Positions 1 through 12,074 are shown, counted from the first letter of the stretch. The stretch is 34,153 nucleotides of DNA from an uncultured Deferribacteres bacterium (GCA_964014485.1 CAXHAT010000081.1:1-34153); one strand, 5' to 3'. Program-made: numbers and translations. The notes: generated by a model not told the origin, from the letters alone.

Positions 1-44
1 CACCAAGAAGCTCGTCGGCAGCGTCAGATGTGTATAAGAGACAG
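1..44 (+). other. Illumina Nextera i5/Read 1 adapter contamination (end of P5, 8-nt index, Tn5 mosaic end)
   Basis: 12..44 is TCGTCGGCAGCGTCAGATGTGTATAAGAGACAG, an exact Nextera Read 1 transposase adapter with the mosaic end AGATGTGTATAAGAGACAG at 26..44. It is preceded by CAC (end of P5 ...CTACAC) and an 8-nt index-length sequence CAAGAAGC. Confidence 0.98.
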
Positions 45-48
45 TCTT

Positions 49-79
49 TTTCTCCCGCCGAGATAGCTCGGCAGGAGAA
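49..79. terminator. Hairpin, possible intrinsic terminator
   Basis: TTCTCC-C-GCCGAG-ATAG-CTCGGC-A-GGAGAA stem-loop. A T-run precedes it on the + strand, but there is no clean U-tract directly 3' of the stem on either strand. Confidence 0.3.
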
Positions 80-106
80 GAAGGAAGACTTAGCTTGCAC
101 TCACGC

Positions 107-136
107 CCACGCGCTGAAGCGCGCGGCTAATGAGAA
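107..136. repeat. REP-like palindromic repeat, family A
   Basis: CCACGCGCTGAAGCGCGCGGCTAATGAGAA; 23/30 identical to 18653..18682 and related to 18599..18627 and 34108..34131. Confidence 0.55.
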
Positions 137-261
137 TGTTGCGTCATTTGCATACCTCGTGAATTTTTAATTCGCCAACAGTATCCGAAAGGCGCTGCGA
201 CGAGGCAAAATCGATTGACGAATGCAGTTTTGAGATTTTTACCAGCACTCCGTTTTTAGGC

Positions 262-289
262 TTGACAACGCGGAACTTTGTTTTATTTT
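262..289 (+). promoter_or_regulatory. Putative sigma70 promoter for the M50B-like gene
   Basis: TTGACA (262-267), 16-nt spacer, TATTTT (284-289), about 50 nt upstream of ATG 338. Confidence 0.4.
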
Positions 290-337
290 CTACAGCTTTC
301 CCAAAGCACAGATTGATTCGATTTTAGGTCCGTTCTG

Positions 338-1012
338 ATGTTGGCGCCAATACTCCGTATCTTTAAAGGCCTGTTTTTCCTATTTCTCATTCCGCTCACT
401 TGCGCTGCGTTTATGGAAGCGCTCGGCTTTATTAAGTCACACTGGAAAGCGGCGCTCGAAGGCTGGTTTGGGATCGGATTCGCGACGTACGCCGTCGGGT
501 ACATTCTTTTTCTGCGGGGGAAAATTGATCTGTTTGAGACGTTCGAGCACGAGATGGCGCACTCAATTGCGGCGTTGCTTTCCTTCAAAAACATCAACAT
601 TTTCGCGGTGCATTCTTCCGGGGCGGGTTTGGTTGAGCTGAAGAGCAAAGTCAACGGATTCATTGCTATCGCTCCCTACTTTCTGCCAATTTTCGTCATC
701 CCTTTTTTGGTCGTCCGTCCGCTGGTTTCCGCGGAAGTTCGAGAATACGTCGATTTTTTCGCCGGTCTAACCTTTTGCTTTTTCTGCATTCGCTTTTTGA
801 AGGAGTTCCGCGCCTACCAAACCGACCTCGACGTTTTGGGATTTCACCTGTCAGCGGCGCTCATCATTTTTCTCAATACAATCGTTTGGGTGGTGGTTTT
901 GAGTCTAGTGGCAGGCACGCCGGAAGAAATCTGGGCATTCATGCTTCAGACTTGGGAAAGCACGAAAACGCTGCTGCTTTTTATTATCGGAAAGTTTACG
1001 CCCTCAGGGTAA
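338..1012 (+). CDS. Membrane metalloprotease, peptidase M50B-like
   Basis: 224 aa, multiple hydrophobic helices, HEMAH (HExxH) zinc motif, IAPYFLP segment and later QTD motif. Confidence 0.7.
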   Translation: MLAPILRIFKGLFFLFLIPLTCAAFMEALGFIKSHWKAALEGWFGIGFATYAVGYILFLRGKIDLFETFEHEMAHSIAALLSFKNINIFAVHSSGAGLVELKSKVNGFIAIAPYFLPIFVIPFLVVRPLVSAEVREYVDFFAGLTFCFFCIRFLKEFRAYQTDLDVLGFHLSAALIIFLNTIVWVVVLSLVAGTPEEIWAFMLQTWESTKTLLLFIIGKFTPSG

Positions 1013-1126
1013 ATGCAAGGCGTTCACAATACGCGCTTACACTTTGCAAAATCATGACTTTAGCGTCATGCCTTATACCAAATTCCTTGATTTACTCTAC
1101 GCAAACATTAGCTTTTTCAAAAAACG

Positions 1127-1337
1127 ATGAATCGAAGTCTGCCCCTATCAACGAATCCATCAAGACACTCAAAGAACTTCTGAAAAAGACCCGTAAACCT
1201 GCCTTGAAGCGCCGTATTCATATGCTCGTTCTCTTCAAGGAAGAAGAGTGCAGCACCCGAGTTGCCGCTGCGGCGCATTTAGCCGTCCATCGTCATACGA
1301 TAACCGAATGGCTGAATTCGTATGCAGCCTCAGGCTT
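1127..1337 (+). pseudogene. Truncated, frameshifted IS630-type transposase N-terminal HTH fragment
   Basis: INESIKTLKELLKKTRKPALKRRIHMLVLFKEEECSTRVAAAAHLAVHRHTITEWLNSYAASGL resembles IS630 N-terminal HTH regions. ATG 1127 is out of frame with it, there is no DDE domain, and similarity stops where the palindrome begins. Confidence 0.65.
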
Positions 1338-1441
1338 ATACCAAATTCCATACTTTATACTACATTGGCAGCCTTCAGGATCTACGGGTATCCATACATC
1401 TTGAAGGGTGTTAAGGTAGTGTGAATAATGGAATTTGGTAT
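1338..1441. repeat. 104-bp imperfect palindrome (MITE-like)
   Basis: Self-complementary over its whole length, centred between 1389 and 1390. The terminal 14 bp (ATACCAAATTCCAT) are perfect and many internal mismatches are G-T compatible. Confidence 0.85.
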
Positions 1442-1565
1442 TAATATGCTGTGGGAATGCCAGCCATTCCGTTTTCATTTAGTGGAGCGAAAGCAATTGT
1501 GTAGTGACTTTATCTCAAGAAAAACTTCCACCAAGTTTTCCAGACAAAGTTTTCGGAGGGTTGTA

Positions 1566-1973
1566 TTATTTCCCGGCGATTTGAATGCGGTTAATGGCGC
1601 GCGACAAGGCTGTGCGAGCGCGAGCGACGTCCCAATTTTCGCGGCCTTCCTGCAAGCGCTTTTCCGCGCGTTCTTTCGCAGTCCGGGCGCGATCAAGGTC
1701 GATCTCGTCCGCTGATTCCGCAGCTTCGGACAGAATGATCATTTTATCGGAGGAGACTTCGGCAAAGCCCCCGGCAGTGGCAAATATCTGCTCGTCTCCA
1801 GGGCCGGATTTTATTGTCACTTCGCCAATATCGATCATCGCCAAAAGAGGCGCGTGTCTTGGCAAAACGCCAAAGTAACCTTCAATCCCGGGCGCGACGA
1901 CGCTTTTTGCCGTACCGCTAAAGACTTTTCTCGTCGGAGTAACGATTTCTATTTGGAGTGTCTTGTCAGCCAT
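1566..1973 (-). CDS. atpC: F1Fo ATP synthase epsilon subunit
   Basis: LQIEIVTP...PGIEGYFGVLPRHAPL...GGFAEV, IDLDRA motif, C-terminal helical hairpin; last gene of the atp operon. Confidence 0.97.
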   Translation of the reverse strand: MADKTLQIEIVTPTRKVFSGTAKSVVAPGIEGYFGVLPRHAPLLAMIDIGEVTIKSGPGDEQIFATAGGFAEVSSDKMIILSEAAESADEIDLDRARTAKERAEKRLQEGRENWDVARARTALSRAINRIQIAGK

Positions 1974-1982
1974 GTCTAAGAA

Positions 1983-2064
1983 TGGAATTATGGAGCTTGG
2001 GATTGTTGGAATTTTGGATTAAGCGAGATGTTCACATCCAAAATTCCATTAATCCATTACTCTA
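1983..2064. repeat. Inverted array of 8-nt TGGAnnnn / TCCAnnnn units, family B
   Basis: TGGAATTA TGGAGCTT GGGATTGT TGGAATTT TGGATTAA, then TCCAAAAT TCCATTAA TCCATTAC, in the atpD-atpC spacer. The same pattern occurs at 21499..21581. Confidence 0.75.
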
Positions 2065-2069
2065 AGATT

Positions 2070-3512
<1,443 letters not shown>

Positions 3513-4376
3513 TTATTTCAATGCCTCGGCGCCGCCGACGATTTCAAGAATTTCTGTGGTGATTGCCGCTTGTCGCGCTTTGTTATAAGTCAGCGTCAGG
3601 CCGTTGATCATTTCCTGCGCGTTTTCCGTTGCGTTGTCCATTGCAATCATACGCGCGCCTTCTTCGCCGAAATATGAAATTGCCAATGCCTTCCAGATAG
3701 AAATATTCACAGTCTTCGGGCAAAGTTCATTGAGAATTTCGTTCGCCGAAGGCTCGAAAATATAGTCATAGTTGAAATTCGATTCTTCTGTTTCCGCCGG
3801 TTTGATTGGTAGAAGCTGATCGGTGACAACATGCTGTTTTGCCGGGCTTTCCGCATGCGTATAAATAAGGTGGACTTGATCATACTCGCCGTTCGAAAAG
3901 CCGTACGCCGCTCGATTGGCCAGCGCAAGCGCATGCTCAAATTGAAGTGAATTGAAGAATCCAATCAGATCGAAATCAATCTCAAAACCGCGTCTCCGAA
4001 AATGATCGAACACTTTCTTGCCGGCGGTAATCAGATGAACTTCTTTTCCTGCGGCGCGGTCGCGCTCAATAGCAACTTCCGCGCTTTTGATCACATTTGC
4101 GTTGAAGCTGCCGCAAAAACCGCGGTCGGCCGAAATGACAACGTAGCAAATTCGCTTGTCGCCTTTCTCAGCAAGGAATTCGTTCAGGCCGGGTTCTACT
4201 TTCGATGCTACATTGGAGAGCATTTCAGAAAGCGCCTCGGCGTAGGGACGAATTTGGCCGATCCTGTCCTGGGCGCGACGTAATTTAGCCGCAGCCACCA
4301 TTTTCATAGCCTTGGTGATCTGCTGGGTGTTTTTGACCGAAGCAATCTTGCGACGGATATCTCTTAAAGACGCCAC
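3513..4376 (-). CDS. atpG: F1Fo ATP synthase gamma subunit
   Basis: MASLRDIRRKIASVKNTQQITKAMKMVAAAKL N-terminus; ARMIAMDNATENA and RQAAITTEILEIVGGA C-terminus. Confidence 0.99.
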   Translation of the reverse strand: MASLRDIRRKIASVKNTQQITKAMKMVAAAKLRRAQDRIGQIRPYAEALSEMLSNVASKVEPGLNEFLAEKGDKRICYVVISADRGFCGSFNANVIKSAEVAIERDRAAGKEVHLITAGKKVFDHFRRRGFEIDFDLIGFFNSLQFEHALALANRAAYGFSNGEYDQVHLIYTHAESPAKQHVVTDQLLPIKPAETEESNFNYDYIFEPSANEILNELCPKTVNISIWKALAISYFGEEGARMIAMDNATENAQEMINGLTLTYNKARQAAITTEILEIVGGAEALK

Positions 4377-4380
4377 GGTT

Positions 4381-5895
<1,515 letters not shown>

Positions 5896-6071
5896 TCAGT
5901 CATCCTCCGTACCGCCCGCACTATCCCGTGCCGGCCATAAGTATTGTATAATATAAGAATTCACTATCGACGCATTCATGCTGAAAAAATCCGGCAGCCG
6001 TATCTCAAAACATGAGTACGGCGCGCCTATTCAGCAAAAATTCGTCAAAGAAAAGGCTGAGCGAAACAGCG

Positions 6072-6617
6072 TTAGTTTTGCTGCTGGCGCATTCGGCCTT
6101 TGAGTTGGTCGAGTTGATTGCGCACACTTGCGTCAAACACTTTGCCTTCAACTTGCAAAATCAGGCCGCCAAGAATTTCCGGATCGACAAAATTCTCTAC
6201 CTCAAAATCTGCTTTATATTGATTGGTCAATACGCTTTGCAGAGATGTTTTGTCTTTCTCGGACATTGGCACCGCCGTGGTCGTCGCTGCGTGCATACGA
6301 TTGAGATGCTTATCGAAAAAGCGCTGAAATTCGGCTGCAACTTCTTCAAAAATATGTTGCCGCCCTTTTTCAAGAAGCACGAACATAAAATTTACGAAAA
6401 GCGTCGAATAGCGATCTTGAAAATTGTTCTCGATGAGCTTCTTTTTTCCCGTCTTGCCCGCCTCGGGGGAAAGGAAAAAATAGTGCAACTCCGGACTGCC
6501 GGACAGAAGTTTTTGAAACGAAACAACTTCTTTTGCAATCGTCTCGAGAGCTTTTTTTTCAGCCGCAAGTTCAAAGAGCGCCTTCGCGTATCGGCGTGCT
6601 AAAACCGTCGCTTTCAA
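6072..6617 (-). CDS. atpH: F1Fo ATP synthase delta subunit
   Basis: ARRYAKALFELA N-terminus; VDPEILGGLILQVEGKVFDASVRNQL C-terminus; TTG start overlaps the atpF stop (TTGA). Confidence 0.96.
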   Translation of the reverse strand: MKATVLARRYAKALFELAAEKKALETIAKEVVSFQKLLSGSPELHYFFLSPEAGKTGKKKLIENNFQDRYSTLFVNFMFVLLEKGRQHIFEEVAAEFQRFFDKHLNRMHAATTTAVPMSEKDKTSLQSVLTNQYKADFEVENFVDPEILGGLILQVEGKVFDASVRNQLDQLKGRMRQQQN

Positions 6618-7108
6618 TTGGCTTCCCCCATCTCTTTGAGCGCTTCGGAAATCAGCTTTTCGTGTTCGTCTTTGCCAAGAGCTTTGCCAATCGCCTTTTC
6701 CGTCGCCGAAATCGAAAGGTCAACAGCAAGATTTTTGATTTCTGTGATCGCCTTCTCGCGCTCTAACGAAATCTCGTTCTTGGCGCGTTCCAGCAAACCA
6801 TCAGCATCACTCCGCGCTTTTTTCATCATATCTTCGCGCAGACTTTCAGCAGTTTTCTTGCTTTTCTCGATCAATTCCTGCGATTCCTGGCGGGCTTTCG
6901 CCATCATCTCTTCATATTTCTTGAGAGACTCGTCCGCCTGCTCCTGAGCCTTGTCGGCTTTTTCGAGCGACTCGCGGATTTTGCGCTCACGCTCATCGAG
7001 GGCCTCACGCAGCGGTCCCCAGGCGAACTTATAAAGAACGCCGTACAGCAACAAAAACGTCACCGTGGTCCAAAGCATCAACCCTGGATTTGGAGTTAAT
7101 AAATCCAT
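6614..7108 (-). CDS. atpF: F1Fo ATP synthase b subunit
   Basis: PNPGLMLWTTVTFLLLYGVLYKFAWGPL TM anchor followed by a long charged coiled coil. Confidence 0.97.
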   Translation of the reverse strand: MDLLTPNPGLMLWTTVTFLLLYGVLYKFAWGPLREALDERERKIRESLEKADKAQEQADESLKKYEEMMAKARQESQELIEKSKKTAESLREDMMKKARSDADGLLERAKNEISLEREKAITEIKNLAVDLSISATEKAIGKALGKDEHEKLISEALKEMGEAN

Positions 7109-7127
7109 CGTTTGCGCCTATGTTTTT

Positions 7128-7364
7128 TTATTTGAAGGTGAGAAGTAAACAAACGATCAATGCGATAACGCCAACGCCTTCAATCAGAGCCGCGGTAAGA
7201 ATCATCGCACCGCGAATATCGCCGGAAGCTTCAGGCTGACGTGCAATGCCTTCCATCGCGGAAGCCGCGAGTTTACCAATACCAACGCCAACGCCAATTA
7301 CCGCGCCTGCTGCGCCAATTCCAGCACCCAAATACGCCAAAGCAGTAGGATCCATGGGTTCCAT
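7128..7364 (-). CDS. atpE: F1Fo ATP synthase c subunit (probably H+-coupled)
   Basis: GxGxGxG motif, RQPE loop and conserved Glu in ALIEG. It lacks the Q...ES/T Na+-binding signature. GAGGAGG RBS upstream. Confidence 0.97.
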   Translation of the reverse strand: MEPMDPTALAYLGAGIGAAGAVIGVGVGIGKLAASAMEGIARQPEASGDIRGAMILTAALIEGVGVIALIVCLLLTFK

Positions 7365-7428
7365 CAGGAAAACCTCCTCGAAATTACTTTTAGATTACTT
7401 CTTGTTAGAAAATTATTTGAATGTTCAA

Positions 7429-8241
7429 TTAATGATCTTGGTGAAGCGCCGCTCCAATAAAAACGGATGAGAGCAGCGTAAAAATATATGCTTGCAAAAC
7501 CGAAACCAGGGTCTCTAAAAGCCCAATAATCGCGGCGGTGATAATCGGGAACGGCGTTATCACCCAGCTTTGAAAAATGAAAATTATGGAAATCAATGCG
7601 AGAATGGCAATGTGTCCCGCCGTCATGTTGGCGAACAAACGCATGGCAAGAACAGCGTGTTTGATGAACAGGCTCAGGACTTCCAAAACTGCTATCAGCG
7701 GCAGAATAAATCCCGGCACGCCGGAAGGAATAAGGCCCTTCCAGAAACCCAAAACGCCGTTCGCCTGCATTCCCGCCGCCGTTCCGACCACAAAAACCAT
7801 GATCGCCAAAGGCAGCGTCACGCTAAGATCACTCGTTGGAGTAGCCCCTCCGGGAACCAACCCAACGAGATTGTTGAAGAGTATAAAAAAGAAGATCGTC
7901 AAAATGAAAGGTTCGAATCGGCGGCCGTCTTTGCCAAGATAATTATTGACAACATCTTCGCGCAAAAAGACGACGATCGCTTCAAACGCATTCGCCATGC
8001 CGGTCGGCACAAGGCGCTTTTTACCGAACAATGACGTCAACAAAAGCATCAGAACAATTGCGACGCCCCACATCCACAGCGTATGCAGCGTCAGGCTCAA
8101 ATCTATGCCAAACACAGTAGGCAGCGGCACAACGACTTGATCGAGAATGTGATGGAGAATATCAAAGCCTTCTCCGTCGCCGGACTCACTTGACGGGCTT
8201 GAAAAATTGGGGTTCAGGAATGACAGCAAGCTCAATAACAT
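7429..8241 (-). CDS. atpB: F1Fo ATP synthase a subunit
   Basis: LAMRLFANMTAGH, LQAYIFTLLSSVFI, and an N-terminal HHILD extension. Confidence 0.97.
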   Translation of the reverse strand: MLLSLLSFLNPNFSSPSSESGDGEGFDILHHILDQVVVPLPTVFGIDLSLTLHTLWMWGVAIVLMLLLTSLFGKKRLVPTGMANAFEAIVVFLREDVVNNYLGKDGRRFEPFILTIFFFILFNNLVGLVPGGATPTSDLSVTLPLAIMVFVVGTAAGMQANGVLGFWKGLIPSGVPGFILPLIAVLEVLSLFIKHAVLAMRLFANMTAGHIAILALISIIFIFQSWVITPFPIITAAIIGLLETLVSVLQAYIFTLLSSVFIGAALHQDH

Positions 8242-8242
8242 A

Positions 8243-8632
8243 TTATTCGCGCTTCTTATTTGCCAACTTAGACTTCAAGTATCCAACTTCGTAAATCTGC
8301 AAAATCATGTAGCAACTTATGACGGTTACGGCAAAAGCAACAAGGTTAAAATCCGTCCAAGCGATTACAATCAAAAAACAAACGGCAACCACCGCAAACC
8401 GTAAAAACATTCCGACAAAAAAGACTTTCATCATGCTTTTTTCCTTCACCAGAAACGCTCGTCTATTGAAGAAATAAGCAATGACTATTGTGGTTAAACC
8501 AACCAAACTCCCCATAATGACCGCCATCCACGTCTCTGGGCCGTGCGACCGAGAAAGCGGTATTACCGCAAGAGCCGTCATCAGCCCAACGCCTGCAAAT
8601 GCAAGCGCGAAAAACCTGCCGAAGTCAGCCAT
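8243..8632 (-). CDS. atpI: ATP synthase protein I-like membrane protein
   Basis: Four hydrophobic helices with GMFLRF, directly upstream of atpB. Start reassigned to ATG at 8632 (MADFG), which overlaps the atpZ stop, rather than 8707. Confidence 0.7.
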   Translation of the reverse strand: MADFGRFFALAFAGVGLMTALAVIPLSRSHGPETWMAVIMGSLVGLTTIVIAYFFNRRAFLVKEKSMMKVFFVGMFLRFAVVAVCFLIVIAWTDFNLVAFAVTVISCYMILQIYEVGYLKSKLANKKRE

Positions 8633-8873
8633 TTTTGCTCTGGTTATTATTTTTTGGAGAGGGATACGCTGCACGATAGATGGCGAGAAAACCGCCCGCA
8701 GCGCCAAACAATGCTCCGATAATCAAAAAGAGAGGCAGGGTCGAAAGCCTGGAATCAAGCCAATATCCTGCGTACGTACAAACCAGAATCGAAAGTGCGA
8801 ATCTTATTCCTAAATCAGTATATCGTAGAAATTCGTGAGTTTTGCTTGATTCTTTTTCGTTATCACTTTTCAC
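8625..8873 (-). CDS. AtpZ/AtpI-family (ATPase gene 1) small membrane protein
   Basis: LGIRFALSILVCTYAGYWLDSRLSTLPLFLIIGALFGAAGGF is the typical GYWLD...P-F-IIG-L-G pattern. The GTG start overlaps the bactofilin stop (GTGA). Confidence 0.85.
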   Translation of the reverse strand: MKSDNEKESSKTHEFLRYTDLGIRFALSILVCTYAGYWLDSRLSTLPLFLIIGALFGAAGGFLAIYRAAYPSPKNNNQSKNG

Positions 8874-9325
8874 TTCTTCTGAGGCATTGGAGCGCCTTTT
8901 TTCGGAGCGCCAAGCAGTGACTTCGCGCCAGCTTCGCCATTGCCAAACGGAGCCTTGCCGTCAGACTGTCCCATAGAGCAAACGCCTTCAAAAACAGCGC
9001 CTTCATTAATAACAAGCTTGGCAGTCTTGAGCTCGCCATGAAACAGCGACTTCTCTTCCAACACTATCCGGCCGCTTGCGTGAATCTTCCCTCTCACCTT
9101 GCCGCCAATGATCGCATTTTTTACAGCGACCTCTCCGTCAATCTCTCCTTCCTTGCCAACCACAAGGGATTCCCCGGTGGTCAGTCGTCCTTTTAATTTG
9201 CCGTCGACGCGGATGCTGCTCTGGACCTTGAGAGCGCCTTCAAAATAAGTTCCTTTTCCAACTATGGTATTTAAATCAGCGCCGGAACGATCAAAATCAT
9301 CCCCTTCTCTCTTACCACCAAGCAT
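8870..9325 (-). CDS. Bactofilin (polymer-forming cytoskeletal protein)
   Basis: TIVGKGTYFEGAL...IRVDGKLKG...LVVGKEGEIDGEV...IIGGKVRGKI...LVINEGAVFEGVCSM beta-helix pattern. Confidence 0.93.
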   Translation of the reverse strand: MLGGKREGDDFDRSGADLNTIVGKGTYFEGALKVQSSIRVDGKLKGRLTTGESLVVGKEGEIDGEVAVKNAIIGGKVRGKIHASGRIVLEEKSLFHGELKTAKLVINEGAVFEGVCSMGQSDGKAPFGNGEAGAKSLLGAPKKGAPMPQKK

Positions 9326-9354
9326 TTCTATTAATGACTCCTAAAAGTACTTCT

Positions 9355-10263
9355 TCAGCTATTATCCGCCTGGAAGGCAAGAATATATTCCCGAGGATCG
9401 ACAGGCTTGCCATCCTTCCAAATTTCAAAATGAAGATGCGGTCCTTTTGAAGTAGAACCTGAATCGCCTCGTTGCGCAATCACATCTCCTTTTTTTACAT
9501 ACATCCTGTCTGAAGCCAAAAGCTTGCTATTATGAGCGTAGTAACTAAACAAGTCGTCGCCGTGATGGATGATGACAATATTTCCGTATTTAGACGTCCA
9601 CCCTGCAAAAACGATCATCCCGGCCCCGGCTGCAACAATCTCCGTCCCTCGCGGGCCCGCAATATCAATTCCGGGGTGGCGCCCGGCCGCACCCAAACCC
9701 AAAACTCCGAGCGATGCGACATTATGAGAAAAATCATTCGACAGCAAACCATCTACTGGCAACAGAGTGGGCAGTGACGGCGCATAGGCGTGTACATTTG
9801 TCTTTTTGGGAAATAGAAAGCCAGTCTTCGTACCAACGCGATTTGCGGGCTGACTCGATGCGCCTGCAGACAAATCACTTACATCCCGACTATCACCAGC
9901 ATCATCAACTGACGCGTCAATATCTTTCAGCGGAAGAGAAACGCCGTTTTCCCCTGGCACGCCAAGCAAACCCAATATTCGAGCATAGCGCTTGTTAAGA
10001 TCACTAAATCGCTCCTGGAGGACATAAACTCTTTTATTATCCTCGAGCAGCTCAGCATTATCGCTATTGAGCTTCTTATTCTCCTGATGAGCGCTATACC
10101 ATCGCCAGTACGAATAACCGCCGGCAACAACATGAACAAATAGAATGACAAGGAACAAAATCAACATGCGCACAACGCGAATATTTAGTCGAAAACTAAA
10201 CGGTTCGGCGTTATCGTCAGGAATTAAAAGAACCGAAAGCTTTTTCGGTCTCCTTGTTGCCAT
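9355..10263 (-). CDS. M23 family metallopeptidase with N-terminal TM helix and coiled coil
   Basis: HPGIDIA (HxxxD), YAHNS, GPHLHFEI (HxH) motifs. Confidence 0.93.
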   Translation of the reverse strand: MATRRPKKLSVLLIPDDNAEPFSFRLNIRVVRMLILFLVILFVHVVAGGYSYWRWYSAHQENKKLNSDNAELLEDNKRVYVLQERFSDLNKRYARILGLLGVPGENGVSLPLKDIDASVDDAGDSRDVSDLSAGASSQPANRVGTKTGFLFPKKTNVHAYAPSLPTLLPVDGLLSNDFSHNVASLGVLGLGAAGRHPGIDIAGPRGTEIVAAGAGMIVFAGWTSKYGNIVIIHHGDDLFSYYAHNSKLLASDRMYVKKGDVIAQRGDSGSTSKGPHLHFEIWKDGKPVDPREYILAFQADNS

Positions 10264-10314
10264 GATAGAATTTAAAAGCGTTGGGCCACAAAACGGTTGA
10301 TTTTCAAGAAAGCG

Positions 10315-10343
10315 AACATAAATAACGGCAAACTAAAAGTCAA
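10315..10343 (-). promoter_or_regulatory. Putative sigma70 promoter for the M23-bactofilin-atp unit
   Basis: Minus strand TTGACT (10343-10338), 17-nt spacer, TATGTT (10320-10315), about 50 nt upstream of the M23 ATG. Confidence 0.5.
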
Positions 10344-10416
10344 CTTTTTTCTGAGTTGCCAAGCTGATAAATTAATAAAAAAACTTAATACTTCTTTTTT
10401 ATCCCAAATTCTTTCT

Positions 10417-11286
10417 TTACATAGACTTGAGTAGTTTTTCAACAATTCTCTCAAAGTCATTCTCATCATAAAAATCTAATTCTATCGTCCCTTTGCCGCC
10501 TTTCGTGACGACGCGCACCTGCGTTGCGAAAACCTGCCGAATCTTGTCTTCAATCTCATCCAACTCGAGACGGTTCTGCCGCTCTTTCCTTGACGGCGGC
10601 GACTTCTTTTGCGGCGTTTTTGTCTCACGCGACAATTTCTCTGCTTGACGGACGCTCAACCCTTTCTTCAATACAACGCTCCAAACCTCGAGCATTCTTT
10701 GCGTCGTCGCACAAGTCAGAATAGCCCTTGCATGCCCTGCGGAAATCTCGGAACGCTTGACGCTCTCGCGTATCTTGTCCGGCAGCTTCAGCAATCTCAG
10801 AAAATTCGCCACCGTCGCGCGATCCTTGCCAACTTTACGCGCCGCTTCTTCTTGCGTCAACTGACACTCTTCGATCAGACGCTGGTACCCCAAAGCTTCT
10901 TCAATGGGATTCAGATTCTCACGCTGGATGTTTTCCACGAGTGAGAGTTCCAACATTTCTTCGTCGGACTGAACGTTCAGGATATAAGCCGGGATTTTTT
11001 CATACCCTAATTCCTGAACTGAACGCAAGCGTCTCTCTCCGGCGATGAGTTGGTATTCATCGCCGAGCGGTCGGACGGTGATCGGCGTGACCAAGCCATT
11101 TTCAGAAATAGAATTCTTTAATGCTTGCAGGGCTTCGGGTTCGAAGTCAAGGCGGGGTTGAAACGGATTGGGAGAAATAAGTGCGGTTTCAATTTCGATC
11201 AAACTTTCTTTGTTCGCAACGGCGGGAGTTGCGCTCATTTCCGGAATCAGGGCGGAAAGCCCTCTACCCAGTCGCCGCGTGGCCAT
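10417..11286 (-). CDS. parB: Chromosome partitioning protein ParB/Spo0J
   Basis: [10 protein letters not shown]-terminus, [29 protein letters not shown] and HTH. Confidence 0.97.
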   Translation of the reverse strand: MATRRLGRGLSALIPEMSATPAVANKESLIEIETALISPNPFQPRLDFEPEALQALKNSISENGLVTPITVRPLGDEYQLIAGERRLRSVQELGYEKIPAYILNVQSDEEMLELSLVENIQRENLNPIEEALGYQRLIEECQLTQEEAARKVGKDRATVANFLRLLKLPDKIRESVKRSEISAGHARAILTCATTQRMLEVWSVVLKKGLSVRQAEKLSRETKTPQKKSPPSRKERQNRLELDEIEDKIRQVFATQVRVVTKGGKGTIELDFYDENDFERIVEKLLKSM

Positions 11287-12040
11287 TATTTAACACCTCT
11301 TTTGCAAGGCTCATGTAGTTTTCGCATCCCATTGAAACGGCGTCATACAAAATAATCGGCTTGCCGTGGCTCGGAGCCTCGCTCAGACGAACGTTTCGAA
11401 AAACAACGGTTTTAAATACTTTTTCCCCAAAATACGTTCTGACGTCCTCAGCAACTTGCCTGCTCAAGTTTAGACGATTATCAAACATCGTCAACAAAAC
11501 GCCCTCAATTTCCAACCGAGGATTCAGGTGCTTTTGAACGAGCCGTACCGTGTTCAACAACTGGCTTAATCCTTCGAGTGCGTAATATTCGCACTGGATG
11601 GGAATCAAAACGGAGTCTGCGGCGGTGAGCGCGTTCAATGTCAAAAGCCCGAGAGACGGAGGGCAATCGATAAAAACGTAGTCGTAGTCACGCTTCAGAT
11701 TTCTCAGCGCGCGCTCCAAAATTTTCTCTCTGGACATCGCGCTCACGAGTTCCACCTCAGCTCCGACCAATCTCACATGCGACGGCACTAAATCCAGATA
11801 GTCAAGCTCGGTTTTTATAATCGCATTGTTGACGTCCTGACTCTCAACAATCACTTCATAAATGCTGCGCTCTACTTCCTGCGAGTTGATTCCAAAGCCG
11901 CTGGTGGTGTTCGCCTGCGGGTCAATATCGATGTTGAGCACGGCGTGCTCGGCCACCGCGATACACGAGGACAAATTGACTGTCGTCGTGGTCTTGCCCA
12001 CCCCCCCTTTTTGATTTGCAATTGCTATTATTTTTGACAT
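11264..12040 (-). CDS. parA: Chromosome partitioning ATPase ParA/Soj
   Basis: [11 protein letters not shown] deviant Walker [28 protein letters not shown]. Confidence 0.97.
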   Translation of the reverse strand: MSKIIAIANQKGGVGKTTTTVNLSSCIAVAEHAVLNIDIDPQANTTSGFGINSQEVERSIYEVIVESQDVNNAIIKTELDYLDLVPSHVRLVGAEVELVSAMSREKILERALRNLKRDYDYVFIDCPPSLGLLTLNALTAADSVLIPIQCEYYALEGLSQLLNTVRLVQKHLNPRLEIEGVLLTMFDNRLNLSRQVAEDVRTYFGEKVFKTVVFRNVRLSEAPSHGKPIILYDAVSMGCENYMSLAKEVLNNGHAATG

Positions 12041-12074
12041 GTATTTTCTCGGTTCCTGCCTAAAAAAGCGCCGT

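Larger units (their letters stand above)
1074..1443 (+). mobile_element. IS630-family-like remnant with terminal inverted repeats
   Basis: Left end TATACCAAATTCC at 1074, a second copy at 1337, and an inverted copy GGAATTTGGTAT ending at 1441. These enclose a transposase N-terminal HTH fragment. Confidence 0.65.

Noticed and set aside
26..44. Tn5/IS50 mosaic end as a real transposon end
   Set aside because: It is embedded in the full Nextera adapter context at the contig edge, so it is a library artefact.
775..1404. 209-aa ORF as an intact gene
   Set aside because: The 5' half overlaps the M50B gene out of frame. Only the 1145-1337 part looks protein-like (transposase HTH fragment), and the tail is translated palindrome.
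1983..2064. CRISPR array interpretation of the periodic repeats
   Set aside because: The period is 8 nt, there are no 25-45 nt repeats with unique spacers, and there are no cas genes.
7128..7364. Na+-translocating or N-type ATPase
   Set aside because: The c subunit lacks the Na+-binding Q/E/S-T signature, and the gene order is the standard BEFHAGDC rather than the N-ATPase order.
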